64,000 nucleotides of DNA from Octopus sinensis (lineage: Eukaryota): the NCBI RefSeq assembly GCF_006345805.1, contig NC_043018.1:7688001-7752000 (forward strand), written 5' to 3'. Below the pieces are notes generated by a model that was not told where the DNA came from, made no database searches, and saw only the letters and a list, made by a program, of their open reading frames with translations. The position numbers and the translations under genes were made by a program. How positions within the stretch are numbered: the first letter of the stretch is position 1; each line of letters begins with the position of its first letter. Positions 38,900 through 52,630 of this stretch are shown one piece after another.

Positions 38900-40270
38900 A
38901 ATAGAGGGTGTGTGAGAGAATGAGAGTGAGAGAGAGTGTGTGTGAGAGAGAGAGTGTGTGTGTGTGAGAGTGAGTGTGTGTGAGAGTGAGTGTGTGAGAG
39001 TGGGTGTGTGTATGAGAGTGTGTGTGTGTGAGAGTGAGTGTGTGTGTGTGAGAGAGTGAGTGTGTGTGTGTGAGAGAGTGAGTGTGTGTGAGAGAGTGTG
39101 TGTGTGTGTGTGTGCGAGAGAAAGAGCGTGAGAGTGTGAGAGAGAGAGAGAGATCGTGACAGAGAGAGAGAGAGTATGTGTGTGAGAGAGAGAGAGTGAG
39201 AGAGTGTGTGAGAGAGATTGTCTGTGTGAGAGCATGTGTGTGAGACAGAGTATGTGGGAGAGAGAGTGTGTGAGTGTGAGAAAGAGTGAGTGTAAGAGTG
39301 TGTGAGTGTGAGAAAGAGTGAGTGTAAGAGTGTGTGAGTGTGAGAAAGAGTGAGTGTGAGAGTGTGTGAGAGAGTGTGTGTGTGTGTGTGTGAGAGAATG
39401 AGCGTGAGAGTGTGAGAGAGAGAGAGAGAGATCGTGACAGAGAGAGAGAGTATGTGTGTGAGAGAGAGAGTGAGAGAGTGTGTGAGAGAGATTGTGTGTG
39501 AGACAGAGTATGTGGGAGAGAGAGTGTGTGAGTGTGAGAAAGAGTGAGTGTAAGAGTGTGTGAGTGTGAGAAAGAGTGAGTGTAAGAGTGTGTGAGTGTG
39601 AGTGTGTGAGAGAGTGTGTGTGAGACAGAGTGCATGTGAGAGATAGTGTGTGAGTGAGAGTGTGAGTGAAAAGAGTGTGAGTGAGAGAGTGTGAGTGAGA
39701 GAGTGTGAATGAGAGAGTGAGTGAGAGTGTGAGTGAGAGAGTGTGAGTGAGAGAGAGTGTGAGTGAGAGAGAGTGTGAGTGAGAGAGAGTGTGAGTGAGA
39801 GAGAGTGTGCGTGTGTGAGAGTGTGCGTGTGAGAGTGTGCGTGTGAGAGTGTGCGTGTGAGAGTGTGCGTGTGAGAGTGTGCGTGTGAGAGTGTGCGTGT
39901 GAGAGTGTGTGTGTGAGAGTGTGTGTGTGAGAGAGTGTGTGTGTGAGAGAGTGTGTGTGTGAGAGAGTGTGTGTGTGTGAGAGTGTGTGTGTGTGAGAGA
40001 GAGAAAGAGTGTGCGAGAGAAAGAGTGTGTGTGTGAGAGAGAGAGCAAGAGTGTGTATGTGTGTGTGTGTGAGAGTATGTGTAGGTGTGAAAGTGTGTGT
40101 GTGTGAGAGTGTGTGTATGGTGTGTGAGAACAAGAGAGCCTGTGTAGGTGAGTGAGTGAAATGGTGCGCGATTGAGCGAGAGTGTGTGCAAGTATGTGAA
40201 TGAGAATGAGTGAGAGTGTGTGTAAGTGAGTGAGTGAGTGTATATGTGCAAGTTAGTGTGTGTGTGTAAG
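38900..40270. repeat. Compound GA/GT low-complexity satellite with internal block duplication and a 14-bp (gagagtgtgcgtgt) run
   Basis: Block containing gagagagatcgtgacagagag occurs at about 39121-39230 and 39400-39500; 14-mers at about 39805-39900. Confidence 0.9.
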
Positions 40271-41347
40271 GAGGGAGAGAGAGAAAGATATAGAGACAGG
40301 AAGCAGGGTGAAGGAGGGATGTTGAAGTTTGAAAGAATCAGATGAGAAATATAAAAGAGTTTAAAAGATTTTATAAACAAGTGTGTGGGTGGGGTGTAAA
40401 GGAATGGTGCAGCAGAACTGAGAGGTGAATCAGCAGGAAGTGGAAGAATATAAATTCAGGAGAAGGAATCAAAGAGACAATTGGGCCAAAGGGAGAAACC
40501 ATTTTGACAGAAGGAATCTCTATTAAAAGGTCAATAGGTACCAGTGATACACTACTACTACAGTGAACTTTGTTCCTTCTTGAGTCACGCCTGGCTCATA
40601 AGGTTTCCTGGTTTCTTGGCATATAGGTTCCCCACCTGGACGGGACGCCAGTCCATCGCAGGTGAGCTGCAAGATGCAGGAGGAAAGAGTGAGAGAAAGT
40701 TGTGGTGGAAGAGTCAGCAGAAGTTCGCCACCACCCCCTACCGGAGCTGCGTGGAGCTTAGGTGTTTTTGCTCATAAACACACACATCGCCCAGTTTGAG
40801 ATTCGAACCCACGATCCCTCGACCGCGAGTCCACTGCTCTAACCACTAGGCCATGTGCCTCCACAACTACAGTGAACTTGACAAACTTTAAATGGATGTG
40901 TAGTCCAGTCACTCTAAACTGTGGCTCCCAGGGTTGCACGTGGCCCTCCAGCATCCTTCCGGCAACCCCAAATGGTTTTCCCCACAATATCTTCATTTAC
41001 TTGTTTCTGTATTCAGACTGCGACCATGCTGGGGCATCACCTCAAAGAATTTTTAGTCAAATGAATCAACCCTATACTTTTTTCGTCCCCCCCCCCCAAG
41101 TCTGGTGCTTATTCTCTCCGTTCCTTTTGCCGAACTGCTAAGTTACAGAGACTTAAACACGCCGACAGTGGTGGTCAAGTGATGGTGGCAGAGGAAAAGG
41201 CACAGACATGTATATAGATTTTTCTTTGATTTATCTTTCACCTTTTTTGGTGCAGCCCCGCCTAAAAAGATCCAGGTTTCGGATCCGGGCTAGATATTAA
41301 AAAGGCTGAGAACCACTGTACATAGTCACTACCACCAACACAAGCAA

Positions 41348-41380
<33 letters not shown>

Positions 41381-41604
41381 CACACACACACACACACACA
41401 TACACATACATACATACATACACACACACACTCACTCACACACACACACATACGTGCATTACATACATGCATGAGCATGATACACACACACTTGTACAAA
41501 CACACACACACATATATATACCTATAAACACATAGATGCATGCATGCATTCACATACAACACTCTCCAGTTCTTCTGGGCCTCTGTCCCACTGAGAGGCT
41601 GACT

Positions 41605-41661
<57 letters not shown>

Positions 41662-42489
41662 AGAAAAGAGACAGAGGAGAAGAGATAGAGACAGAGAGAG
41701 AGGACCTAAGTGGAAGATAGGCAAGTGGCAGTATATAGAGAATTGGGTTTTAGCCAAAGTGGTTAGGGCAAAAGATAGCAGCACGAGTGGGTGCGGAGGA
41801 GTCTGGCATCTCCACAGAAACAGCAGGATGATCGGGAGAACGAAGTTTGTGGAATGGATGGGTTACAGAGAAAGGGGGGGGGAGAAAGGGAGAGACAAGG
41901 GAGAGAGAGGAGAGAGAAGGGGAGACGGAAGGGAGAGGCATACCAGTGTGGTTAACAAATCTGCTTAATAATTACGTTCCCCGGTTCCGTCCCACTGCAT
42001 GGTAGATGGGACAAGTGTCTGCTACCAGCCCCCAAGACAACCCAAGCCTTTGACAGTGAAATAGGTTACATGGAAATGGTGCTGAAGCCCATCCGATGCA
42101 CTGTACAAGATTTTGGGGTAACAAACATGATCCATAACTTGAGGAGGGGTGGGAAGTAGTCCCTCCCCCATCGCCTGGGTACCTTGAATGGCATTCCACT
42201 CTGTTGCAAATGCTCAGTGTAGAACTCAAGTCTGTGTGGTAAGAAGTCTGCTCCGTTAACCACATGGTTCAGGGTTCAATCCTTCTGCATGACACTTTGG
42301 GCAGGTGTCTTCTATAGCCTTGGAGCGACCAAAGCCTTGAGTGGATTTGGTACAAGGAAACTAAAAGAAGCCCATTGTGTGTGTGTGTGTGTCTACCAAC
42401 ACCACCTGACAACCAGTATTGATGTATTAATGCCCCATTAACTTAGCAGTTCAGCAAAACACTGACAGAATAAGTACCAGAAGCTGGCT

Positions 42490-42925
42490 ACCCACATGGT
42501 TCTTGGTCTCAAGCATTTGTCTGATGAAGAAAGGCTAAAGATGCTCGACCGTTATTCTCTACAAAAACACCACCACCGTGGTGATCTCATTCTTGCTCAC
42601 AACATCATAAGCGGAAAGTGTAACCTCTCGAAAGAGCTGTTCTTCACTCCTGCTCCAGAATGTCGGCTGCGGGGTCACTCCGAAAAGCTCTATCTGCAAC
42701 GATTTCATCTCAATTGAAGGAGAGGGGCTTTCTCCGTCCAGGTTGCGGATCCATAGAATAAGCTGCCAGACGAGATAGTGAAGATGCCGATGACCGCTCG
42801 GTTCAAATTCTCTCTTGACCAGAAATGGCCTGAACTCTTTGCATGAACACCCTCCCTGTACATAACTCCATGTCCCCCTACATGGCCTTGCTTTTTGCTT
42901 TTTGAGCCAAAAAATTAACTTAATG
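42490..42925 (+). mobile_element. CR1-clade LINE 3' fragment
   Basis: LKHLSDEERLKML..YSL....RGDLILAHNII...LRGHSEKL...NKLPDEIV; 3' UTR ending ttaactt. Confidence 0.82.
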
Positions 42926-43049
42926 TAACAAGCCCCAAAAGTCTTACAGTGTGGCTGGCACTGTCCTTTCTCCTCCGACTTAAATCACTACAAAAGAATA
43001 AAATAAATAAAATATAATAAGGGGCAATGAGAAAGGAATAGCTTCTTAC

Positions 43050-43162
43050 CTTTCGTCCATCACTGGCGTGACAATTGACATTAAGTGGGGTGAGTAAAGA
43101 CATCAGCTTCTCTTCGTTTCCACTCCGAGCAGATTCAAGCAGTTCATCTTTTTTGTATTCTC
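43050..43162 (-). CDS. TNKS: Tankyrase coding exon, phase 1-0
   Basis: (G)[37 protein letters not shown], near-identical to vertebrate tankyrase; tcacag acceptor, gtaaga donor; 113 nt. Confidence 0.97.
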
Positions 43163-45406
43163 CTGTGAGAGTAAGAATGAAACAGTTTAAATGTAAAACT
43201 TTAAGGATTAAAGCAAACCTTCCATCAAAATTTTATTTTAATTTAGGTTTCAAATATCAGCTTAATACAAAGGTTTTAGTAAATTTATCATTTTCAATAT
43301 TGACTGAAACAAAGGCCATACATTTCTAAATGAATAAGGCAATAAAGGGGCGGCATTAGTTAGAAGGTCCAACAGGAACCCTGTTATTCATAATTCTGTT
43401 ATTCACTAGGCACGTGGCTTGGTGATTAGAGCATCAGGCTCACAATCATGAGGTAGTGAGTTCAATTCCCGGACCAGGTTGTGTGTTGTGTTCTTGAGCA
43501 AAACACTATTTCATGTTGCTCCACTTCACTCAGCTGTAGAAAGAAGTTGTGAGGTCGCCACCAGTGCCACTGGACTGGCTCCTGTGTAGGCGGCACGTAA
43601 AAAGCACCATTTGGGCATGGCCGTTGCCAGTACCACCAAACTGGCCCTCGTGCCAGTGGCACGTGAAAGCACCCACTACACTCTCGGAGTGGTTGGCGTT
43701 AGGAAGAGCATCCAGCTGTAGACACTTCCAGATCAGATTGGAGTCTGGTTCGCCAGACCTCAGTCAAATCGTCCAACCCATGCTAGCATGGAAAGCGAAC
43801 GTTAAATGATGATGATGATGATGATGACATCACTGATGCCAAGCTGTATCAGCCTCTGCCTTTCCCTTGGATAACATCGGTGGCATGGAGAGGGGAGGAT
43901 GGTATGCATGGGTGACTGCTGCTCTTCCATAAAACAACCTTGCCCAGACTTGTACCTCAGAGGGGAATTTCTAGGTGCAATGCCATGCTCATTCATGACC
44001 AAAGATGGGGGGGGGGTGTCTTATTCACAAGTAAGATTAATAAACAAAGCCAGTAACAATTTTATTTCATCAAACTTTTACCTTTAATAGTTTTAATCTT
44101 AAAAGAAACAAAAAAAAAAAAAGCTTTCCATGCAAAATACATTTTTTATTCAATTTTCAGTACACTAGAAAGTAAAAAAAAAAAAAAAACCACTGCAGTA
44201 CTGTGTAGGCTTGAGGGCGATTTGGCTGCTATTTCTACTAGATCAGGCAATCATGTAGCAACACTTTTATTAGCTGGTGGAACTCATGTTGTTGTTGCAG
44301 GCCTAAACAAGGCACAGCGTGTCAAGAACGTATCAGTCTACTTGCTTAATGATGTCGAGTTTCATGGGTTCGAACCTGCAGCAGAAATTTTGCTGTTTTC
44401 ATGGGGTGAAACACTTATTTCACACTGACCCCTTGTTCATTTAACCATTGGGTATTAAGTGCCAAATCATTTGCAAAAGATACTTACAATGGACTGAGGA
44501 GGATTTTTTTTTTTCTCACTTGCTTCACAACCAGAAACTGGAGTCTACACTATGCCCTCTCTTTACTTGTTTCAGTCATTTGACTGCGGCCATGCTGGAG
44601 CACCACCTTTAATCAAGCAAATCGACCCCACGACTTATTCTTTGGAAGCCTAGTACTTATTCTATCGGTCTCTTTTGCCGAACTGCTAAGTTACAGGGAT
44701 GTAAACACACCACCATCGGTTGTCAAGCGATGTTGGGGGACAAACATATACACACACATACATATATATGTACATATATACGACGAGCTTCTTTCAGTTT
44801 CCATCTACCAAATCCACTCACAAGGCTTTGGTGGGCCCGAGGCCATAGTAGAAGACACTTGCCCAATTTGCCACGCAGTGGGAATGAACCCGGAACCATG
44901 TGGTTGGTAAGCAAACTACTAACCACACAGCCACTTTTCAGGACTTTCACCACCAATATGGACCCCAGGATATTACCATCAAGTCCTAGGACTCATAGGA
45001 CCAGCTCACCTGGTTTCCATGGCATATAAGTGACCAAAAGCACAATGCCCTCCCCCTTTCACCCAGTTGTTCATTTACAGCTAAGTGAACAGGAGTAATG
45101 TGAAATGAATTGTCTTGCTCAAGAACACAATGCACTACCTGGGCTGGGAATTGAAATCACTATCTTGCTATCATGAAGGCAACACCCTAACCACAAGGCC
45201 ACACACCTTCACACTTCAGGGTTTTGGGCGGTATTTATATTGTGTCTTATCGTTGTCTTGTAGGCCTAGATCGGTCCTGATCAAACAGACCCATGATAAA
45301 GGGCATTCCGGCCATGGCTGTCCCATCTTATATTTCAGGTATTATGTATCTAGAGCTACAATATCCAATAAAAGTTCTTTCTTGTGACTTAAGAAAGACT
45401 TGTCAG

Positions 45407-45442
<36 letters not shown>

Positions 45443-46541
45443 GAGTGAGTGAGTGTGTGTGTGTGTGTTTGTGATTTTGCTAATGTGTGAATGTTTGCGT
45501 GAAAGTGTGAGATTATCTGTGAATGTCAACGTTTTATCCGGAAGACAATCTTACATCTGCTTAATGTAGCAATTGTAACTAACAACTGGGACTTGATAAA
45601 TCTGCTGCTACACAGTAACCATGGCAACCAAAGTGGCATTGACATTTTAACTTTATCTGCACACAAAATACAGTCAGCAAGAGAGGTAGCATCACCATCA
45701 TCATCATCACCACCACCGCCAACACCACCAACACCACCACTGCCACCACCAACATCACTACTGCCACCGTCAACACCACCACCGTCAACACCTCCACCAC
45801 CACTGCCATCACAATCACCATTATTGTAATGTCCACGCACACACACACAAACACATGCAACAGGTTTCTCTCAGCTTCCATCAACCAAGGTTTTGATCAG
45901 CCTGAGGCTAGAGCAAGATGCCACGCAGTGAGACTGAACCTGGAACCATGCAGTTGGGAAGCACACTTCTAATCACACAGTCCACGCCCAATTACACAAC
46001 ACTTATGCTGCATAACTCCACCGCCACCACCACCAACTTTCATGCATCCAGGGTTGGTAAGGTACCAGTCAACATCCTTCTTTCTTTCTTTCTATTTTTC
46101 TCTCTCTTCAACCCCACCACTGATCATAGATCTGCTTAGAACTGACCCAGGGCAAAACAAGGGCGATCTTTCATTTTGATTTGAAAAACTGCTCATCAGG
46201 ATTCATACTCTTTATAAGCCTAGTGTTTATTCCATCAGTCTCTTTTACCGAACTGCTAAGTTATGAGGGACGTAAACATACCTATTTCTTCACTACCCAC
46301 AAGGGGCTAAACACAGTGAGGACAAAAAGGACAAACAGATTAAGTCAATTACATCGACCCCAGTGTGTAACTGGTACTTATTTAATCGACCCCGAAAGGA
46401 TGAAAGGCAAAGTCAACCTCATCGGAATTTGAACTCAGAACGTAGCGGCAGGCGAAATACCACTAAGCATTTCGCCCTGCGTGCCAACATCTGTTGTCAA
46501 GCAATGGTGTGGAGACAAACAGAGACACACAAACATATATA

Positions 46542-47784
46542 CAGGGTGCAAGGGGTATTTGGACATTTCGTTTTTAGTTCATCACACCTTCAAATTCTTT
46601 AATGTATCATTTTTTTTTTTTTTGCAGATAACCCTTTAAAGGTATCATGCCAACTCAAAAAATTAAATGACATGTAGTCCTAGTTGCTATACATGCAAAC
46701 CAGAGTGATTTAGAAATTAGCAACTTTCTAAATGTTGCAAGATCATTTGTACACAAAGTTCAGTTGGAATTGGAGGCATGTGATAGTAATGTTTCACCTG
46801 TATCATAGAGAAAAAAACATTCACAATGCTCAGACACGAAAAGGACACCGGAATTTATACAGAAGATCAATGAGGACCATTGCTAAAGAACTTTGAACTT
46901 TGGGTGTTAGAGCGGATTATCAGAAATGTGGTACACTGTGACATTCAATAAAGGTCCTATGTAATGAGGAAAGGCCTATTCGTGCCTGCAAAGATACAGG
47001 AAAACCGTCTCATCCACTCAAAAAGGTTACTTCATAAACTGAAAAACCCTCATGAACAAGGCTTGCTTTGGTTTTTCTCTGACGAAAAAAACTTTGACCA
47101 GGATCAAAAGTCTAATGGAAGAAATGACAGGTGGTTATGCGCAGATCCTTCTGAAGTACCCAGAGTGATGCATATGAAATTTCCAGCAACTGTGATAGTT
47201 TTAGGAGTGGTGAGTAGCAAAAGTCATGTGATGCCTCCCCACTTTTTCCACAAGATCTTAGAATTAGTGCAGCTGGATAAATGGAGATACTGGAAATTCT
47301 TATCAAGCCCTGTATTAATGAAGTATGAAATGGAAGGCCTTACAGGTTTCAACAAGACTCAGCACGTTCTCACAAAGCCCTAGTCATCCAAGAATGATTG
47401 TCAGACAATCCTTACGATTATGTAACACCCAATATGTGACCTACGAACTTGCCAGATTTGAACCCCTTGGACTACTACATGTGGAGCTCTGTTGAAAGGG
47501 AGGCTAATCGTCATCCTCATAATACCATAGCTTCACTGAAGGCCACTGTTGTCCAGGTGATGTCCGAAATGAATAAGAACCATGTAGTGTCAGCATGCCA
47601 GTGGTTTCGGTCCCCCACTGAAGCAGTCATTCAAGCCGAAAGTGGTTTCATAGAATAATTTGCTTAAAAAATCATTATCAAGACTAATTTCACAAATATC
47701 TAATTAAATATTTATTTATTTTATGCTGAAATACAGTTGTTTTATTGTATACCAAAACTGTCCTCAAATACCCCTCACACCTTG
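46542..47784 (+). mobile_element. Degenerate full-length Tc1/mariner transposon of maT (DD37D-like) type
   Basis: TIRs cagggtgcaaggggtatttggaca / tgtcctcaaatacccctcacaccttg after TA; WFFSDEKNF, KFPATVIVLGVVS and PDLNPLDYYMW motifs in broken frames. Confidence 0.85.
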
Positions 47785-49439
47785 TGTGTGTGTGTGGTGT
47801 GTGTGTGTGTGTGTGTGTATATAAGCTTCTTTCAGTTTCCATCTACCAAATCCACTTGCAAGGTTTTGGTCAGCCTGACACTATAGTAGAAGACACCTGC
47901 CCAAGGTGCCACGCAGTGGGACTGAACCCGGAACCATGTGGCTGGTAAGCAAGCTACTTACCACAGAACCACTCCTGCACCTATGTAAGCATTTTAAATA
48001 GAAAAGTTTAACTCTTGATGCTAAGCCGCCTCTGATTATCCCAGCTCCAGTGATACAAAGTTCTTGTTTGAAAGGGGTCTACATTAAAATCTTCCACCCA
48101 ACTTTCTTGTTAATTTATGCTCTAAAAACTAACTTAAAATTGACCAAGTTATTTTACTAAATTCTTCATTTTTTCTCAGAATTAATTAAAACACAATATA
48201 TATATCAACTGAAATATGGTAACAAAAGGTTTAAATGGTAATGCACCAGACTACCAAATGGTCTTCTTGTAGCATTTACTCCACTTTTGTACCATTCTCA
48301 ATTACAATACCACCACCCAGAGTAGACTTCGACTTTCATCTCTACACAATCAATAAAATATATTGATTCCATTGACTATAAATTGCTCCCATCAAAAAAT
48401 GTGTGATGTTGTGCCAGAGGAAGAAATCAATACATTTTTACACACCACAAGAGGATATAATAACCCAAAAATACAACAAAGAGATAAACACCATATGACG
48501 TATTGCGTATACTTATTATGTGTATACAGTACCGCATACACAGTACAGTATAAGCAGTCCAGTGTACCAACCACCAAACCTCTATTACTGCATTCAATGG
48601 CATAAAAGACTCGCAGGCACATTAGATGCACCCCAATTTCAGCAGTACATATTCGGGAACAAATGGTTTTTCTTAGTGCCTTAACCCTTTTGTTACTAAC
48701 CCAGCCAAAACCGGCTCTGGCTTTGTGGTAAAATGTCTTGTTTGCATAAGTTTTGAATAAAAATATTCCACCAAGCCTTAGTCACAATTTACATTCCTAA
48801 TACAAGCTGAATGATAACTAAGTTATTTTACTAAATTCTTTGTTATATTTAAAATAATTGAAAGAAACACAGAACATCTCAAAATAAATACAGTAACGAA
48901 AGGGTTAATATAAATATTGGTTCCAAATTTTGGCACAAGGCCAGCAAATTCAGGGAATGGGACAAGTTGATTATATTGACCCCCAATACTCAACTGGTAC
49001 TTATTTTTATCGACCCCCAAAAGGATAAAAAGCAAAGTTGGCCTCAGCAGCATTTGAGCTCAGAACATAGAGACAGACGAAATGCTGCCAAGCATTTTAT
49101 ACAGCATGCTAACAACTCTGTTAGCTCACCGCCTTTAAAGAAAGCAACTAAGGTAGTAAGCTGGCAGAATCATTAGCACACTAGACAAAAGGCTTAGCAG
49201 CATTTCAGCCGTCCTGAATGTGATGTTCAAATGCTGACATTCAGAGTTCAAATGCCGCCAAGGTGAACTTGGTTTTTCATACTTTCAGAAGAGGCGGGGT
49301 CAACAAAATAAATACCAATAGAGTACTAGGTGTCGTTGTAATCGACTAACTGCCACCTGCTAGAAATGCAGGCTTTGTGCCAAAATTTTAGATCAGTATT
49401 TAACCTTTTAGTATCCAGATTACTCTGTCAAATGTAAAG

Positions 49440-49769
49440 GGTAAAGGCCCTCTTCCGTCATGAATGACCCATGGGATTGCACCAGAAAGTTCCCCCTCCA
49501 AGGTACAAGTCCAGGCAAGGTTTTTATGGAAGACCAGCAGTCGTCCATGCATATCAGCCTCCCCTCTCCATGCCACTGATGTTATCAAAGGGAAAGCAAA
49601 GGGGCCAATACAGCTTGGCACCAGTGATGTTGCAACTCATTTTTACAGCTGAGTGAACTGGAGGGACATGAAATAAAGTGTCTTGCTCAAGAACACAACA
49701 CACAGCCCAGTCTGGGAACTGAACACATGATTGTGAACCCAACGCTCTCACTACTGAGCTATGCATCGT
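49440..49769 (-). mobile_element. tRNA-derived SINE family D with 17-bp TSD; other copies 5480-5810-, 6527-6641-, 6642-6968+, 43408-44015+ (split), 45060-45205-
   Basis: TSD ctctgtcaaatgtaaag at 49423-49439 and 49770-49786; head tggctcagtg...gttcgaatcc; body gtgttgtgttcttgagcaagacac. Confidence 0.85.
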
Positions 49770-50039
49770 CTCTGTCAAATGTAAAGCTTATTTATTCACA
49801 TTGTCTTGAATTAATCATGCATCATCTCATAGCTTCAAGATTTCCATGATGTGATTATTTTTATAATGACATTGTAGGGTAGGTGTGAGAAGTCATATCT
49901 GGCTAGTTTGAACATAAAACAGATGGACTATTTGGGCTACATCAGGCAGGTTTACATGGTAAAAAATTAAAGCAAATTTGCATATAAGGGTAATTTTTTG
50001 AGACACATTTTTGGGGATAAAATACAGTATCTTACAAAC

Positions 50040-50385
50040 CGATCTCATTCTTGCTCACAACATCATAAGCAGAAAGTGTAACTTCTCGAAAGAGCTGTTT
50101 TTCACTCCTGCTCCAGAGCGTCGGCTGCGGGGTCACTCCGAAAAGCTCTATCTTCAACGATTTCATCTCAATCGAAGGAGAGCGGCTTTCTCCATCCGGG
50201 TTGCGGATCCGTGGAATAAGCTGCTGGACGAGATAGTGAAGATGCTGACAACCGCTCGGTTAAAACTCTCTCTTGACCAGAAATGGGCTGAACTCTTTGC
50301 ATGAACACCACCCTGTACATAACTCCATGTCCCCCTACATGGCCTTGCTTTTTGCTTTTTGAGCCAAAAAATTAACTTAACTTAA
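50040..50385 (+). mobile_element. CR1-clade LINE 3' fragment, same family as 42490-42925
   Basis: DLILAHNIISRKCNFSKELFFTPAPERRLRGHSEKLYLQRFHLNRRRAAFSIRVADPWNKL; shared 3' UTR. Confidence 0.82.
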
Positions 50386-50859
50386 CTTTCAAAACAATTG
50401 ACTTGTGTGACACAGACTACTTACAAACACACACATGCACATGTGCACGTACCTAGGTGGACCACCCTAAAATAAAATACATTATCAGAACTACACTTGA
50501 AACTAAGCTTATTAAGTACCCATCTAAGACAATACAAAGAAGTCTGCCAAAACGGTAACATAAACTTTGACCCAATTAAACAGAATCCTGACTCTGACCA
50601 GTAACTGATGTGAAGCCGAGGTCAACCACACAAGTTTACGAACAGATCAGATTCAAAACAACCTCCCCACACCACTGCCACCACACAAACCCTAACCAAT
50701 AAACAACTAACTGTATTCAGTTCTCTTCAAGCCAAGCTTGTTGGAATACTCCAAAGGAAGCTACAGAGAATACTATGTCCAGTTGCCTAGGCAACTGCCC
50801 ATACTGTGTGCAATGGAAACACATGTAGGCTATTGTAACCATAGAAATATGCTGTATGG

Positions 50860-51491
50860 CAGTGGTTCCCAAACTTTTAAGAGTCGCAACCCACTATTTA
50901 TCACACCAGTTTATGACGACCCAATTAACTCTATTGAGTAAAAACATTAATGAAATTAACAAATCTATTTCAGATTACATCTTCAGTGAGGCCTGTGAGA
51001 AGGATGAGCCTCCTGGTGATCCCTTCTATACTTTTTAAAGAATTTATAAACTTACTAGTGAAATCCATAATGTCTTCTTTATTTAATTTTTTTGCTATTT
51101 ATATTAAATGTGAAACAAAACGTTTTATAACTGTTTTCAACGTCTCTATACCCTATGTGTAAATACTAACACTAATACAAAACCTTGAAGTAGTACCTGT
51201 TATCAGCTCAATCAGTATTATACTTCACCTAGTTAAAGTTCTCTGTAAATAGGTAAAAACAGGCCCTTCCTTTTTACGATTACGTACGAATAAATAACTT
51301 GAGAAAATGACAACCTCTGATTTGTTAAGTTCGTGAAAAAGCCTACTGCTTGATAAAACAACAAGTCTGGTATTGAAAACATAAGTCTTGAACTATCTCG
51401 ATAGACAGCAGTTAACCAAAGCTAATGCGTAATTTTTGCGACCCACTAAGATTCCGTTTGCGACCCATCTGTGGGTCGCGGGGAACCACTG
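50860..51491. mobile_element. hAT-type non-autonomous element
   Basis: TIRs cagtggttccc / gggaaccactg; perfect 8-bp TSD ctgtatgg. Confidence 0.85.
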
Positions 51492-51577
51492 CTGTATGGT
51501 ATTGTAAAATAGAAGGAAATAAATATTTGGGGATGTACCCGTCTCTATATTCTCTATTGTTATAATTATTGCTTATA

Positions 51578-52630
51578 TTAGGTTGTCTCATATGGAATGT
51601 ATTTTAAATGGGTTTCTTATGAGTCATCTATAAATGGATTTTTAATGAGTTTCTATGTACATGTTTGCATTTACTCTTAACTCTTTTGTCTTTCTAGACA
51701 ATGCTTTTGTTCAAAATTGCTACCCACAGCTCTTAAGACAATGTTGACAACTGAACAATACCGAGTGATTTTCTTGTACGAATACAAATTGGGTCACTCT
51801 GCCACCGAAGCTCTACGAAACATCAAGTGGGCTTTTGGTAAAGGTTCTGTTGATATTAGAACTGTTCAGAGTTGGTTCCAAAGATTTTGTTCAGGAAATG
51901 AAAGCCTCAAAAATGAACCCAGAGGGAGACCAAAATCAGTTATTCGGCATGATGAATTGAATGCTTTGGTTAAACAAAATCTGAGAACAATGGTCCAAAA
52001 AATTGGATCAGAGCTCCAGACATCTCTTGAAACTGCTTCTCGACACTTGAAGAAAATTGGAAAAGTCAAAAAGATGGCTAGGTTTGATCCCTATCAACTT
52101 AATGAGATTCAAAGAAACAGACGCCTTACAGTATGTTCCATGTTGATTTCTCAGTTGGAAAGAGAACCGTTTTTGTATTGACTCATTACGTGTAATGAGA
52201 AACGGATATCATTACGTGTGATGAGAAATGGATACTCTTTGATAACAGCAGGAGGACAGGACAGTGGTTGGATGCAGGAGAGTCACCAAAACACTACCCA
52301 AAACTACCATTGCACCCTAAAAAGTTGATGGTCACTGTATGGTGGTCAACAAAGGGGGTTATTCATTATTCATTTAAGCAACAAGGAAAAACTAACAGCA
52401 ACATCCTTTTGTCAGGAAATTGATGGTATGCATGAAAAATTAAAAAAGAAAAGCAACCCAGATTAGTGAATAGAGATGGCCCAATTTTGCTTCATGATAA
52501 TGCACGGCTTCCTTACACTTCTCAAGCTTCGGTCCACAAGTTGCAAACCTGAATTATGAAATTTTGGCATATCCCCTCTTATTCTCCTGATATCTCTCCT
52601 ACTGATTATCACATGTTTAAACACTTTGAG
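51578..52630 (+). mobile_element. Degenerate mariner transposon (3' end lost)
   Basis: TA|ttaggttg TIR start; HTH region in ORF 51717-52181; then ITCDEKWI, LHPKKLMVTVWW, LLHDNA and YSPDISPTDYHMF motifs across stops and frameshifts. Confidence 0.88.

Noticed and set aside
38835-40380. 389-502 aa HTLS-repeat ORFs
   Set aside because: Same artefact from the GA/GT satellite
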